DNA from: Raja brachyura
Taxonomy: Eukaryota
Length of the DNA stretch: 64,000 nucleotides
Reading direction: 5' to 3'
Assembly: GCA_963514005.1 (NCBI GenBank)
Contig: OY740791.1
Span: forward strand, 39,928,001 to 39,992,000
Shown here: one piece after another, positions 25,872 to 38,394 of the stretch
How the letters are laid out: each line of letters begins with the position of its first letter
Position numbering within the stretch: position 1 is the stretch's first letter
Notes under the pieces: model-generated
Database searches by the model: none
What the model saw: only the letters and a program-made list of their open reading frames with translations
Told to the model about the DNA's origin: nothing
Program-made: the position numbers and the translations under genes

Positions 25872-26219
25872 CCTCCAAAACCAGGAGATTCAAATTCACT
25901 TTCACATCATTAAACGGTCCAGGGATCTCCACACGGCAGCAATACCAGCCGCCGTCTTCTTTCCGGGGCTGCTTTATCGTGAGCGACACGTCTCCTTCCT
26001 CAATGTTCCCACCAAGCTGATATTTCTCGGATCCTGCTGAAGTTACTGTTTCTCCGTTTGTTTTAATCAGTTCATCTCCACAGCCAAAGATAGGGCACTC
26101 TCCCCGACCCCAGCACATCTCAGTTTCACCATACTGTCGGACAGAGTAGTGGCACGGCAGAGTGATCGCCTGTCCCGGGTATCCTCGCACTGGTGATCCG
26201 GTGACAAGGGCCACTCGAC
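25872..26219 (-). CDS. TIM/HAVCR-family (TIM-1/TIM-4-like) IgV exon, copy B
   Basis: ITLPCHYS, MCWGRGECPIFGC, GDVSLTI and DGGWYCCRVEIPGPFND give the six-Cys TIM IgV. Acceptor tttcag, donor G|gtaagc, 348 nt, phase 1-1. Confidence 0.93.
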
Positions 26220-26529
26220 CTGAAACAGTCCGGGAAAAGACAGTTATAGCCGGCGCTGAGTGATGAGATGGGAAGTGGCCACAGTGTGACAACCCGTCCC
26301 AGCGCTGAGAAAATGAGCCCGTTACCGCTGGCAGCAATTGGGAATATTGTGAAAGGGTTTCTATTTATCGGGATGTGCGTATTGCAGGCAGATCCAGTAT
26401 TTACCCCCCAGCCCCATTTTATCCCAGGGTAAGTGGTGGCGAGCGGCCGTCTCCAATCGCTGCATTTCTGTAGCAGCTTTGACACAACCGGTCGGCTTGT
26501 GAAGCAATTTCAGAGACGGACACGGGGAT

Positions 26530-26608
26530 ACAGAGTAGTGGCACGGTAGAGTGATCGCCTGTCCCGGGTATCCTCGCACGTGTGATCCGGTGGCAAGGGC
26601 CCCTCGAC
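26530..26608 (-). pseudogene. Truncated paralogous start of a TIM IgV exon with its own acceptor
   Basis: tgtttcag|GTCGAGGGGCC...GQAITLPCHYS, then an abrupt switch into copy-A-like intron sequence. Confidence 0.8.
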
Positions 26609-27016
26609 CTGAAACAATCGGGGAAAGAAACGGACAACGGACTCTGACTGGAGTGAAGAGAGAGGGGGTGTCCACAGAAGTGAAAACCCATCGCAGCACC
26701 GAGAAAGTGACCCCGTTACTGACTGGGCGGAAAATATTGGGATATTATCAAATCATGTTTTGTGTGCATGAATGTGATGTGTGCGTTATCGTTCGTCTCC
26801 ATTTAGCTCTATACTCAAAACCGAGTGATAAATTCCATGCCCAGGACATGGAAAGAGCACGTTATGCATCGGAACCCGTCACCTGTTCTCACAACCAGAC
26901 CCGGCATCACTCGGGAACTCGTCTGTATCCCGCCAACCCCTCTAATTTACTGCCGTCCAAGGAATTTTAATAACATGATCAAATATAATAAACAAATTCT
27001 TAACTCAGAAACTTAC

Positions 27017-27065
27017 TTAAAAGAGATATGATGGTCAAATAATCCACACGGCTAACCACAACCAT
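27017..27065 (-). CDS. TIM copy B leader (signal peptide) exon MVVVSRVDYLTIISLL
   Basis: ATG at 27063-27065 and phase-1 donor A|gtaagt. Homologous to 1898-1949. Confidence 0.75.
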
Positions 27066-27289
27066 TGTGCCCCACACTGACCGCCGCTCTCCGAGCCTTC
27101 ACAGGAAACCAGCTATTGTGTCCAATAGCCAAACCCCGCGGAAATGTGGCAACTGCTCGCAAAACTGAGCTCCTGCACTAAGACATAGTTTCTTTCCATT
27201 GCATTGTGTCGCGGTTTGCCGTTATGACAGACAAAATACTAAGCTGGTCACCGCTGACATTGCATCCTCCCTTGATCTGCAACTCGTGG

Positions 27290-29270
27290 AGAAATAGTTG
27301 CAGGAGTTGGCCATTCGGCCCTTCAAGCCAGCACCGCCATTCAATGGGATCCTAGTTGATCATCTAAAAATCAGTACCCGTTCCTGCCTTCTCCCCATAT
27401 CCCTTAACTCCGCGATCTTTAAGAGCTCCATCAGAGTTGGATCCAGAGAATCGGTACCACTGCCTTCTGAGGCAGAGAATTCCACTGATTCACAACTTTC
27501 TGGGTGAAAACGTTTTTCCTCATCTCCGTTCTAAATAGCCTACCACTTATTCTTAACGTGTGCCCCGTTGGTTCTGCACTCCCCCAATATCGGGAGCATG
27601 TTTCCTGCCACTTGCGTGTCCAATCCCTTAATAATCTTATATGTTTCAATAAGGTTCCCTTTCATCCTTCTAAATTCCAGTGTGTACAAGCCCAGTCGCT
27701 CCATTCTTTCAACATATGACAGTCCAGCCATTCCGGGAATTAACCTGGTGAATCTACCATACACTCCCTGCACAAAAATGTCCTTCTGCAAATTTGGAGA
27801 CCAAAACTGCACACAGTACTCCAGGTGTGCTCTCACCAGGGCCCTGTCCAACTGCAGAAGGACCTCTTTGCACCTATACTCAACTCCTCTTGTTATGAAG
27901 GCCAACATGCCATTAGCTTTCTTCACTGCCTGCTATACCTGCATGCTTACTTTCAGAGACTGATGTACAAGGACACGCAGATCTTGTTGTACTACCCTTT
28001 TTCCATTCAGAAAATAATCTGCCTTCCTGTTCTTGACACCAAAGTGGATAACCTCACATTTATCCACTTTAAACTGCACCTGCCATGCATCTGCCCAATC
28101 ATCCATCTTTCCACCCTGCATCCTCATAGCATCCTCCTCACAGTTCACACTGCCACCCAGCTTTGTATCATCTGCAAATTTGCTAATGTTACTTTTAATC
28201 CCTTCATCTAAATCATTAATGTATATTGTAAATAGCTGCCGTCCCAGCACCGAGCCTTGCAGTACCCCACTGCCTGCCATTCTGAAAGGGACCTATTAAT
28301 CCCTGCTCTTTGTTTCCTGTTTGCCAACCAATTTTCTATCCATGTCAATAACCTACCCCCAATACCATGTGTTCTAATTTTGCCCACTAATCTCCTATGT
28401 GGGACCTTATCAAAGGCTTTCTGAAAGTTCATGTACACTACACCCACTGGCTCTCCCATGTCCATTTTCCTGGTTACAAACTCAAAAAATTCCAGTAGAT
28501 TAGTCATCCCGCCATCCCGGGAATTAACCTGGTGAACCTATGCTGCACTCCCTCAATAGCAATAATGTCCTTCATCAAATTAGGAGACTAAAATAGCACA
28601 CAATACTCCAGGTGCAGTCTCACTAGGGCCCTGTACAACTGCAGTAGGCCCTCCTTGCCCCGAAACTCAATCCTCTTGAAGCCCAAAATGTCATAAGCTT
28701 TCTTCACTGCCTGCTGTACCTGCATGCTTACTTTCAATGACTGATGTACAAGCATACCCAAGTCTCATTGCACCTCCCCTTTTCCTATTCTGACATAATT
28801 CAGATAATAATCTGCCTTCCTGTTCTTGCCACCAAAGTGGATAACCTCACATTTATCCACATTATACTCCATCTGCCCACTCACCCGACCTACCCAACTC
28901 ACCCTGCAGCCTCATACCAGCTCACACTGCCACCTAGCTTTGTGTCATCCGCAAACTTGGAGATGTCACATCTAAATCGTTAATATATATTGTAAATAAC
29001 TTGAGTCCCAGCACTGAGCCTTGCGGCACCGTATTAGTCACTACCTGCCATTCTGAAAAGGGCACGTTAATTCCTACTCTAAGCTTCCTGTCTGCCAACC
29101 AGTTCTCTATCCATGTCAATACCCTACCCCCAATACCATGTTCTCTAATTTTGCACACTAGTCTCATGTGGGACCTTGTCAAAGGCTTTTTGAAAGTCCA
29201 GATATACCACATCCGCTGGCTTTCCCTTACCAATTCCACTTGTTACATCCATAGGGAGTGTTTGCGAAAA
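27290..29270 (-). mobile_element. Two tandem CR1 RT fragments (junction about 28505)
   Basis: ORFs 27540-27926, 27933-28280, 28208-28507 and 28934-29239 carry CR1 RT motifs. Confidence 0.88.
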
Positions 29271-30284
29271 TGAGATATAGAACTAGTGTGAAGAGGTGAT
29301 CACTGGCCAGCATGGACTCAATTTGACTTCCCAAAATGCATTAGGTTCAAAGGTTCTTTATTAGTCACCTTGCAGGATGAAATTGTATAGCCTAACCCTT
29401 CAATTTTCCATCTGTTCTAGATCCTGCTGTAACTTTCGACAACCTTCCGCCCTACACCTATGCTGGGTGTACATGGTGCATGGTCCACTGATTTATTCAC
29501 GTGCCGTCATCTGGCATTCTTAAATAAAATAATAGCTATCATTCAGTCTTCCAACACTTCACCTTTAATGAAGATACAAAAATCTCCACTGGGGCCCTGC
29601 GGTGTACGGCAACTTGCGATGAATCTCATACGCACCTGGGCATTTATCAACTCTTGTATGTCCCATTTCATCTTACTGCATTCACTTTGTTAATACTGAT
29701 CTGCTCTGGATTATCCATGTACCCCTCACTACCCTCCATACCCAATACAGACAAGTATTTATATAGCATCTTGCCAATATTTAATATACTCATCTGCATC
29801 CTTAAATGGTTCATTCTATCCTTACTCTGCATCATTCTCGTCTGTTTTTTAGCAAATGTCCCCCACTCCTCAAAATCTCCATTAATAACAATAACTCCAC
29901 ATCCAAAGCCAAAATCGTATTGTATAGTATATGATTTCCACAGAAGGATAAACTTGAGTCAAATGTCTTCTCTTGTACATTAATTTTACTCAAATAAAAC
30001 AGTTTAATTTCAGCCAAATATCTTCATGATGTCATAAAATAAGACATGCTCAAATAGTAGCACCATATTTCTACTAGCAATGGAGTACTGTGATATTAGG
30101 CTGAAAGTAAGCTGTTTTAATTGACCTAATGCACCTATCTATCTAGACATCAAACCATTACCTGCACATCATCTAAAGTTAGACCCAATGCCAGATACTT
30201 TGTCAATGACTGCTTGTCTGTTTCAGCTGCATACCTCCCCCACCCATTGCCAAAGAATTCAGTGAAGGATGTACGATATAATAG

Positions 30285-32620
30285 AACTTTATTTATCCCA
30301 GTCTACCCTACGACAGAAAGGGGAGATGTTGTACAGTTTGATAGCCACAGGGAAGAACGATCTCCTGTGGCGTTCTGTCCTGCATCTTGGTGGAATCGGT
30401 CTGTTGCTGAAGGTTCTCCTCAGGTTGACCAGTGTGTCATGGAGGGGCTAAACTGTATTGTCCAGGATGAACCACTGTTTGAGGAGCATCTTCCCCTCCA
30501 AGACCACCTCCGATGAATCCAACTATGCCCCCAGGACGGAGCCAGCCTTCCTGATGACTTTGTTGATCCTATTGGTGTCCGCAGCCTTCGCCCTGTGCCG
30601 CAGCACATGGCAGCGACAAAGATGGCACTGGCTACCACCGATTGGTAGAACATCTGCAGCATCTTATTGCAAATGTTTAAGGAGCAGAGCCTTCTTAAAA
30701 TGTATAGTCGGCTCTGTCCCTTCTTGTACAGGGCCTCAACGTTCCTGGACCAGTCCAGTTTACACTCCAGCTGCACTAGAAAACATAGAAAATAGGTGCA
30801 GGAGGAGGCCATTCGGCCCTTCGAGCCAGCACCGCCATTCATTGTGATCATGGCTGATCGTCCCCTATTAATAACCCGTGCGTGCCTTCTCCCCATATCC
30901 CTTAACTCCACTAGCCCCTAGAACTCTATCTAACTCTCTCTTAAATCCATCCACTGCCCTCTGTGGCAGGGAATTCCATAAATTCACAACTCTCTGGGTT
31001 AAAAAGTTTTTTTTCACCTCCGTCTTAAATGACCTCCCCTTTATTCTAAGACTGTGGCCCCTGGTTCTGGACTCACCCAACATTGGGAACATTTTTTCTG
31101 CATCTAGCTTGTCCAGTCCTTTTATAATTTTATACGTTTCTATAAGATCCCCCCTCATCCTTCTAAACTCCAGTGAATAGAAGCCTAGTCTATTCAATCT
31201 TTCCTCATATGACAGTCCCGCCATCCCAGGGATCAATCTCGTGAACCTACGCTGCACTGCCTCAATCACAAGGATGTCCTTCCTCAAATTAGGAGACCAA
31301 ACTGTACACAATACTCCAGATGTGGCCTCACCAGATCCTGTACAACTGCAGAAGAACCTCTTTACTCCTATACTGAAATCCTCTTGTTACGAAGGCCAAT
31401 ATTCCATTAGCTTTCTTCACTGCCTGCTGTACCTGTAAACCAACTTTCAGTGACCGGTGTACAAGGACACCCAGGTCTCACGGTACCTCCCCCTTACCTA
31501 ACCTAATTGAGATAATAATCTGCCCCCTTGTTTCTGCTGCCAAAGTGGATAACCTCACATGTATCTATATTATACTGCATCTGCCCACTCACTCAACCTG
31601 TCCAGGTCACCCTGCAACCTCCTAACATCCTCTTCACAGTTCACACTGCCACCCAGCTTTGTGACATCCGCAAACTTGTTAGTGTTGCTCCTAATTCCCT
31701 CTTCCAAATCATGAATATAAATGGTAAACAGTTGCGGCCCCAACACCGAGCCTTGCGGCACTCCACTCGCCACTGCCTGCCATTCTGAAAAGGACCCATT
31801 CACTCCTTCTCTTTGCTTCCGGTCTGCCAACCAATTTTCTATCCATGTCAACACCCTACCCCCAATATCATGTGCTCTAATTTTAGTCACCAGTCTCCCG
31901 TGCGGGACCTTATCAAAGGCTTTCTGTAAGTCTAGATACACTACATCCACTGGCACCTTCATCCATTTTACTTGTCACATCCTCAAAACATTCCAGAAGA
32001 TTAGTCAAGCATGATTTCCCTTTCATAAATCCATGTTGACTTGGACTAATCCTTTTACTGCTATCCAAATGCCCCATTATTACCTCTTTAATAATTGACT
32101 CCAGCATCTTTCCCACCACCAAAGTCAGGCTAACTGGTCTGTAATTCCCCGTTTTCTCTCTCGCTCCTTTCGTGAAAAATGGGATAACATTAGCTATCCT
32201 CCAATCCACAGGAACTGATCCTGGATCTATTGAACATTGGAAAATGATCACCAATGCGTCCACTATTTCTAGAGCCACCTCCCTGAGGTCCCTGGGATGC
32301 AGAGTATCAGGCCCATGGGGATTTATCATCCTTCAGTCCCATTAGCCTACCCAATACTATTTCTCGCATAATGAAATTTTCTTTCAGTTCCTCTACCCCC
32401 TTAGATCTTCTGTCCTCCAGTACATCTGGGAGATTGTTTGTGTCTTCCTTAGTGAACACTCTAAGATATTTGTACTTCCTGGTAAACTGTACATCCACAC
32501 GATTGATGGTGACAGAGGACAGGGGTGTTCCTCTCCTCCTAAAGTCCACCACCAACTCCTTAGACTTGTTGGTGATGAGCTGCAGGTGATTCAGCCCACA
32601 CCCCGCAACAAAGTCAGGCT
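30285..32620 (-). mobile_element. Rex1/Babar LINE fragment (30285-30777 plus 32457-32620) split by CR1
   Basis: KSKELVVDFRR...KYKYL|VQLECKLDWSRNVEALYKKGQSRLYILRRL. Confidence 0.8.
30778..32456 (-). mobile_element. CR1, 5'-truncated, with apparent 4-bp TSD CACT
   Basis: RT ORFs 30868-31311, 31570-31962 and 31913-32329. CACT at 30774-30777 and 32457-32460. Confidence 0.88.
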
Positions 32621-32825
32621 CAATGAATATCCATCCCATGAGAAATTGCACCTTCTTGCTTCCGGCATTCATCTTAAGTCACACAAGCAGCAATTCTATA
32701 GAGATCATATTATTGCAAACGTTCGTATTCCAACATTTCATCCTAAATCCTTTATTGAACGATAAACCAGCCTGAAATGTTCAAAGCCAGCAAGTTAAGA
32801 ATGTGAATGCTAATTATGCCTGCTC

Positions 32826-33438
32826 TTGAGTACAAGAGCGGGGAGGTTCTACTGCAGTCGTACAGGGTCTTGGCGAGGCCACACCTGGAATATTGCATAC
32901 AGTTTTGGTCTCCTAATCGGAGGAAAGACATTCTTGCCATAGAGGGAGTACAGAGAAGGTTCACCAGACTGCTTCCTGGGATGGCAGGACTTCCATATGA
33001 AGAAAGACTGGATAGACCCGGCTTGTACTCGCTGGAATTTAGAAGATTGAGGGGGGATCTCATAGAGACTTACAAAATTCTTAAGGGGTTGATCAGGCTA
33101 GGTGCAAGAAGATTGTTCCCGATGTTGGGGAAGTCCAGGACAAGGGGTCACAGTTTAAGGATAAGGGGGAAGTCTTTTAGGACCGAGATGAGAAAATCAT
33201 TTTTCACACAGAGTGGTGAATCAGTGGAATTCTCTTCCACAGAAGGTAGTTGAGGCCAGTTTGTTGGCTATATTTAAGAGCGAGTTGGCTACCTCTTGTG
33301 GCTAAAGGGATCAGGGGATATTAGGAGAAGGCAGGTACAGGATACTGAGTTGGATGATCAGCCATGATCATATCGAATGGTGGTGCAGGCTCGAAGGGCC
33401 GAATGGCCTACTCCTGCACCTATTTTCTATGTTTCTAT
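32826..33438 (+). mobile_element. CR1 3' fragment
   Basis: ORF 32807-33253 plus 3' UTR and CTATGTTT tail. Confidence 0.9.
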
Positions 33439-33839
33439 GCGTAATTGGATTCTAATTCACCTTTCCCATTGACAGGAATTTCTCTTCTTCATTTTCAGCT
33501 GTGGAAACATTCACATCATTAAATACATGTGATAGAATTAGTATTAGTAATCCAGGGAGCCTGAATCAACAATCCACAAGTTAAGATTCCACCAATGTGG
33601 TTGGGGTATTTAAATTCAATTAATTAAAAAAAGAAACTGTCCGACTAACTTAAAAACCATCCAATTTACCAGTGAATTTAGGGAATCTTTGTCCTCACTT
33701 AACATGGTGGGCATTTGAATCCTGAAGCCTTGAATATGGTTGACACTTAAACCATTAACTACCTGGTCACTAGATTTGGATACTGCAGTTACTCACAGCC
33801 CACAACCCTTTGCAAAGTTCTCCTCAAGCATCAAAGTCC

Positions 33840-34930
33840 AAGATCAAAATTAGGAGATGCTTCTTCTCCACAAATTAGATTATGGGCTAAAAATTCTTAG
33901 AATTCAGTGGAGATGCTGTGTTTTGTTAAAGAAGCTGAGTACATCCTTACATGAACCAAGTGCATTGAAGGTATTGGAGCTTTGTCTCGCTAGTCATGGA
34001 TTATCAATGCCTTTATCAAGAGTAAGGTCCCAAGATATAGAAAATGAGGTTGGTTTCTCTGGGACCTAATGTGAACCTTAATTGTGCGTTGGTTGTGTGC
34101 TGCAGGTGGGGCATATGGGTAGAAGATCTTTATCCGCAAAAGTTAGTTACAAGACCAATGCTTTCAAATGCTTTAGTGAACATGTCAAAAATAGCTTTCA
34201 GCTGGACCTCTGTATGCACACAAATGCAAGCAACAACTGAGTCCTGTTGCTTACCCTCAGGGGTCAAGTCCATTTATCTGCAATGTTGTCACCACAGGTT
34301 GAGATTCAAGCAGAAGCCTCCACGTGGCATATCCCGAGCAATGCTGACGACAGGAACTGTACCGCAGTGACTGACTGAAGTAGCCAATTCTGCAACCACC
34401 GACCGTCAACCGTCACTGACCGACCGGAAAGACGTGATATAGAAGATGGCCGGACACGAGGAAGGAGACCACAGGTTCAAATAAATCACGTAAATTATGA
34501 AGATTACCTTGTCTTTTACAGAAAGTCTGTTGATGGTAAGATGCAGCATTGCCTCAACAGTTCTCTCATTTTTTTTTGTTGGAATGTCACAGGCTTGCTT
34601 GATACCAGTCTTTGTGAAATTGGTTGAGTAGAATTGTCTTGCATGCTGTCATGAAACAAATTTCTGCAGGCAATCAAATTTGAGGAGGCTTTTCCTCGAC
34701 TCTCCAGATATCCATGACTGTGCAGCCAGACAGAACTCCAATGCTATTTTTAAATTCACTGGAGCTTCCGGTCCTGAAATGCCGTGATTCTGTGGTCACT
34801 CATCAAACCAATCCGGGTTGTTCTTGGAAACACAAGAATCTCTATACAGATGCAAATAATGACTAACTTCAGGTCAGCCTGCAAACTGTGTACATTCTGA
34901 CTAATTTGCTTCAATGTGCTTCTACTGCTC
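33840..34930 (-). mobile_element. Old RTE-like LINE remnants
   Basis: Minus strand encodes KNNPDWFDE, resembling the RTE DWFDEN motif. Heavily degraded. Confidence 0.35.
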
Positions 34931-35462
34931 CAGGGATACACTTGACCCATGGCTACAGCTAGTTATACCCGACCCATGCATCCTCCTTTTTCATGACCAG
35001 AGCTGTAATTTCTTTTATTATCCAGCATTACTTATTCCTACCTGCCTTGCCCTTCATTCAAACTGGGACATGCATACCTTGAACTCCATCTATGACCTTT
35101 TGAAAAGCATCCCACTTTCAGGACATCCTTTGCCTCCATATAACCTATTCCAATCAACCTAAGCAAGCTCCTGCCTAGTACCATTAAAGTTGGCTATGTC
35201 CTAATTCAGAGCTAGTTCTGAATTCGGAATGTATCAGTCCAAATGTCTTTTGTATATTGTTACTGTACCTACCTCAACTTCTACTGCACACAAGGCCCCA
35301 CTTGTGGAGACGGTGGGACCTAATGTGGAGGAGGCTTGGAACGCAGCATGTTCCAGTTCTTGGTTGGATTTACGCTTGGAAACTTTGTGGGATGTATCTG
35401 GTCCAGAATTATCAGATTCCAAACATCTACAAGAAGCTTGAAGAATTCAAAAGCGAGAGTTG

Positions 35463-36144
35463 AGGGACTGTCCCACTTACGTGTCCTTGGCATGCAAATT
35501 ACGCGACCTCGTGGTCGCGTTGAGGCGCATGGGCATCATGTGGCCGCGTGGGGCCGGTCCCACTGAGAAGCGCGGAGGGGTATGTAGTTGTGCGCGAGAT
35601 CACGCTGGGCTCCGAAATTTTTGTAGCGAATGAAATCTTTGCGCGCCAACTGCCTGTCACGTAACTGACGGCCAAAGTGGGACAGGCCCAAGACCCTGGC
35701 GCGACGCAACGTCTTACCTCCAACAGCAGCAGAAGCAGGCAAACGATCGCCGAACTAGGCCCGGGGCTCATGGCCGTTGCGGTCCGGATCCGCCCCACTT
35801 CTACTCCCAGAGCGGGGCCAAGAAGATTGAAGATGGACACAAAATGCAGGAGTAACTCAGCGGGACCGGCAACATCTCTGGAGAGAAGCAATGGGTGACA
35901 TTTCGGGTCAAGACCCTTCTTTTCAGACAGGAGCAGAGTCTCGACACGAAACGTCACCATGCCTTCTCTCCAGAAATGCTGGCGGTCCCGCTGAGTTACT
36001 CCAGCTTTGTGTCCATCTTCAAATGACGTCACGCGCTCCAGACGGCTGTGCGTACGCATGAAATCACGAGCGACCGTTGCGGCTCAAAGCGACCACGTGG
36101 TTGCGTTATTTGCGTGCCAAGGACACGCAAGTGGGACAGGCCCT
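35463..36144. mobile_element. PIF/Harbinger-like MITE containing a palindromic Penelope-derived insert (about 35828-36022)
   Basis: TIRs AGGGACTGTCCCACTT / AAGTGGGACAGGCCCT with TTG/TTA flanks. Confidence 0.7.
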
Positions 36145-37174
36145 TTAGATTTAGCTCTTAGGGCTAAGGGAATCAGGGATATGGGGAAAAATCCAGAATG
36201 GGGTACTGATCTTGGATGATCAGCCATGGTCATATTGAATGGCTGTGCTGGATCAAAAGGCCAAATGGCTGACTCCTGCAACTATGTTTCTATGTTTCAT
36301 CTGGCAGCTTGTTCCACCCTCTGAGAAAACAGTTGGAAAGACGAGAAGAGAAATAGCAAGTGTGAGGTGTTGAACTTTGGGAGTTCGATGTGAAAATAAA
36401 ATAAACAGTAAATTGCAGGACCCAGGGGAGCAATTTTGGGGTGCACTTCTGAATCCATACAACCAAGTCATCTTACATCCCATACATCTTAATCTTCTAG
36501 ACGAGGGACTTTGTCAAAAGCCTCACAAAACCCATGTGTACAACATCCACCGTCCTACCTTCATCAATTCCATTATCATCTCCTCAAAAAACTCAACAGT
36601 AAGGCATGACCTGTCAGTTATCCCTGATTAGCCGTGCTGGTTATCCCCGATTAGACCATGATCTTCCAAATTGGAGTAAATCCTATCTCGAGAATTCCAT
36701 CCAATATTTTCCCTCCTTACTCTTAACCTCTTACCCTGCCCCAGTCAATATTGAAGAAATTAGTCAACCACTACAACAACCCTGTGGTTTTTGCATCCTT
36801 CTGTAATCTATCTACATACCTGAAACTCTATCTCCTGGCGGCAATTGGATGGCCTATAATATAATCCCATTAGCGTAATTGTTCCCTTCTTATTTTTGAA
36901 AGCATCAGTAGACGTACCCTCCAATATGTCCTTTCTAAGTATCACCATGACATTCTCCATGCTCCATAAAGTAGCTCCTCCAACTCTTTTATTTGTTCTC
37001 TATCATGTGAGAAACATCAAAACCCAGGTGCAGTGAGCTGCCATTTGTGCTCTTCTTGCAACCAAGATCATAGACCATAAATGGCCACAAGATCATAGAA
37101 AATAGGTGCAGGAGTAGGCCATTCGAGCCAGCACCGTCATTAAATATGATCATGGCTGATCATCCAAAATCAGT

Positions 37175-38390
37175 ACGAAAGAACTGCAGATGCTGGTAAA
37201 ATCGAAGGTAGACACAAAGTGCTGGAGTAACTCAGCAGGGAAGTAGCAACTCTGGAGAGAAGGAATGGGCGACTTTTCGGGTCGAGACTCTTCTTCTGAC
37301 TGATGTCAGGGGAAGCGGTGGGACAAAGAAAGAATGTAGGCGGAGACAGTAAGACTAGTGGGAGAACTGGGAAGGGGATGGAGAGAGAAAGCAAGGGCTA
37401 TCTGAAGTTAGAGAAGTCAATTTTCATTAATACACTACCCAAGCGAAATATGAGGTGATGTTTGTCCAATTTGTGCTGGGCCTCACTCTGACAATGGAGG
37501 AGGCCCAGGATGGAAAGGTCAGATTGGGAATGGGAGTGCTGGGAGATCAGGTAGGTTAAGATGGACTGAGCGGAGGTGTTCAGCGAAACGATTGCCGAGC
37601 CTGTGCTTGGTCTCGAAGTTAGTAGAGAAGTTGACACCTGGTACTGTGGATACAGTAGGTGAGGTTGGAGGAGGTGCAAGTGAACCTCTGCCTCACCTGA
37701 ATAGACTGTTTGGGTCCTTGGATGAAGTCGAGGGGGGAGGTAAAATGACAGGTGTGGCATCTCCTGCGGTGGTAGGGGAAAGTACCTGGGGAGGGGGTGG
37801 TTTGGGTGGGAAGGGATGAGTAGGCCAGGGAGTTACGGCCGGAACGGTCTCTACGGAAAGCAGAAAGGGGTGGAGATGGGAAGATGTGGCCAGTAGTAGG
37901 ATCTCATTGGAGGAGGCGAAAATGTTGGAGGATTATATGCTGGATGCGATGGCTGATGGGGTGGTAGGAAATGACAAGGGGGACTGTCCTTGTTACGAAT
38001 GGGAGGGGGAATAAGAATGGAGCTGTGGGATATCGAGGAGACCCTAGTGATAACCTCATCTATAATGGAAGAGGGGAACCCCCATTCCCTGAAGAATGAG
38101 GACATCTCTGATGCCGTAGTATGGAACACCTTATCCTGGGCGCAGATGCAGCGCAGACGGAGGAATTTGGAGTAGGGGATAGAGTCTTTACAGGAAGCAG
38201 CAAGGGAAGAAGTGTAGTCAAGATAGCTATGGGGGTCAGTAGGTTTGTAGTAGATGTCGGTCAAAAGTCTGTTTCCTGTGACGGAGATGGTGAGATCTAG
38301 AAACGGTGGGGAGATGTAGGAGATGGTCCAAGTGAATTGAGTGCAGGATGGAAATTAGTGGAGAAGTTGATGTAGTTTCCATCCTGCACT
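37175..38390 (-). mobile_element. Penelope-like element (RT C-terminus plus GIY-YIG)
   Basis: TDIYYKPTDPHSYLDYTSS...SIPYSKFLRLRCIC; ...KIDFSNFR; terminal repeat. Confidence 0.88.
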
Positions 38391-38394
38391 CACT

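Noticed and set aside
34380-34545. CpG-containing patch with AAGATGGCC and a microexon-like ag...gtaag
   Set aside because: The ORF ends after 12 codons and the patch lies among LINE remnants; no supportable gene.
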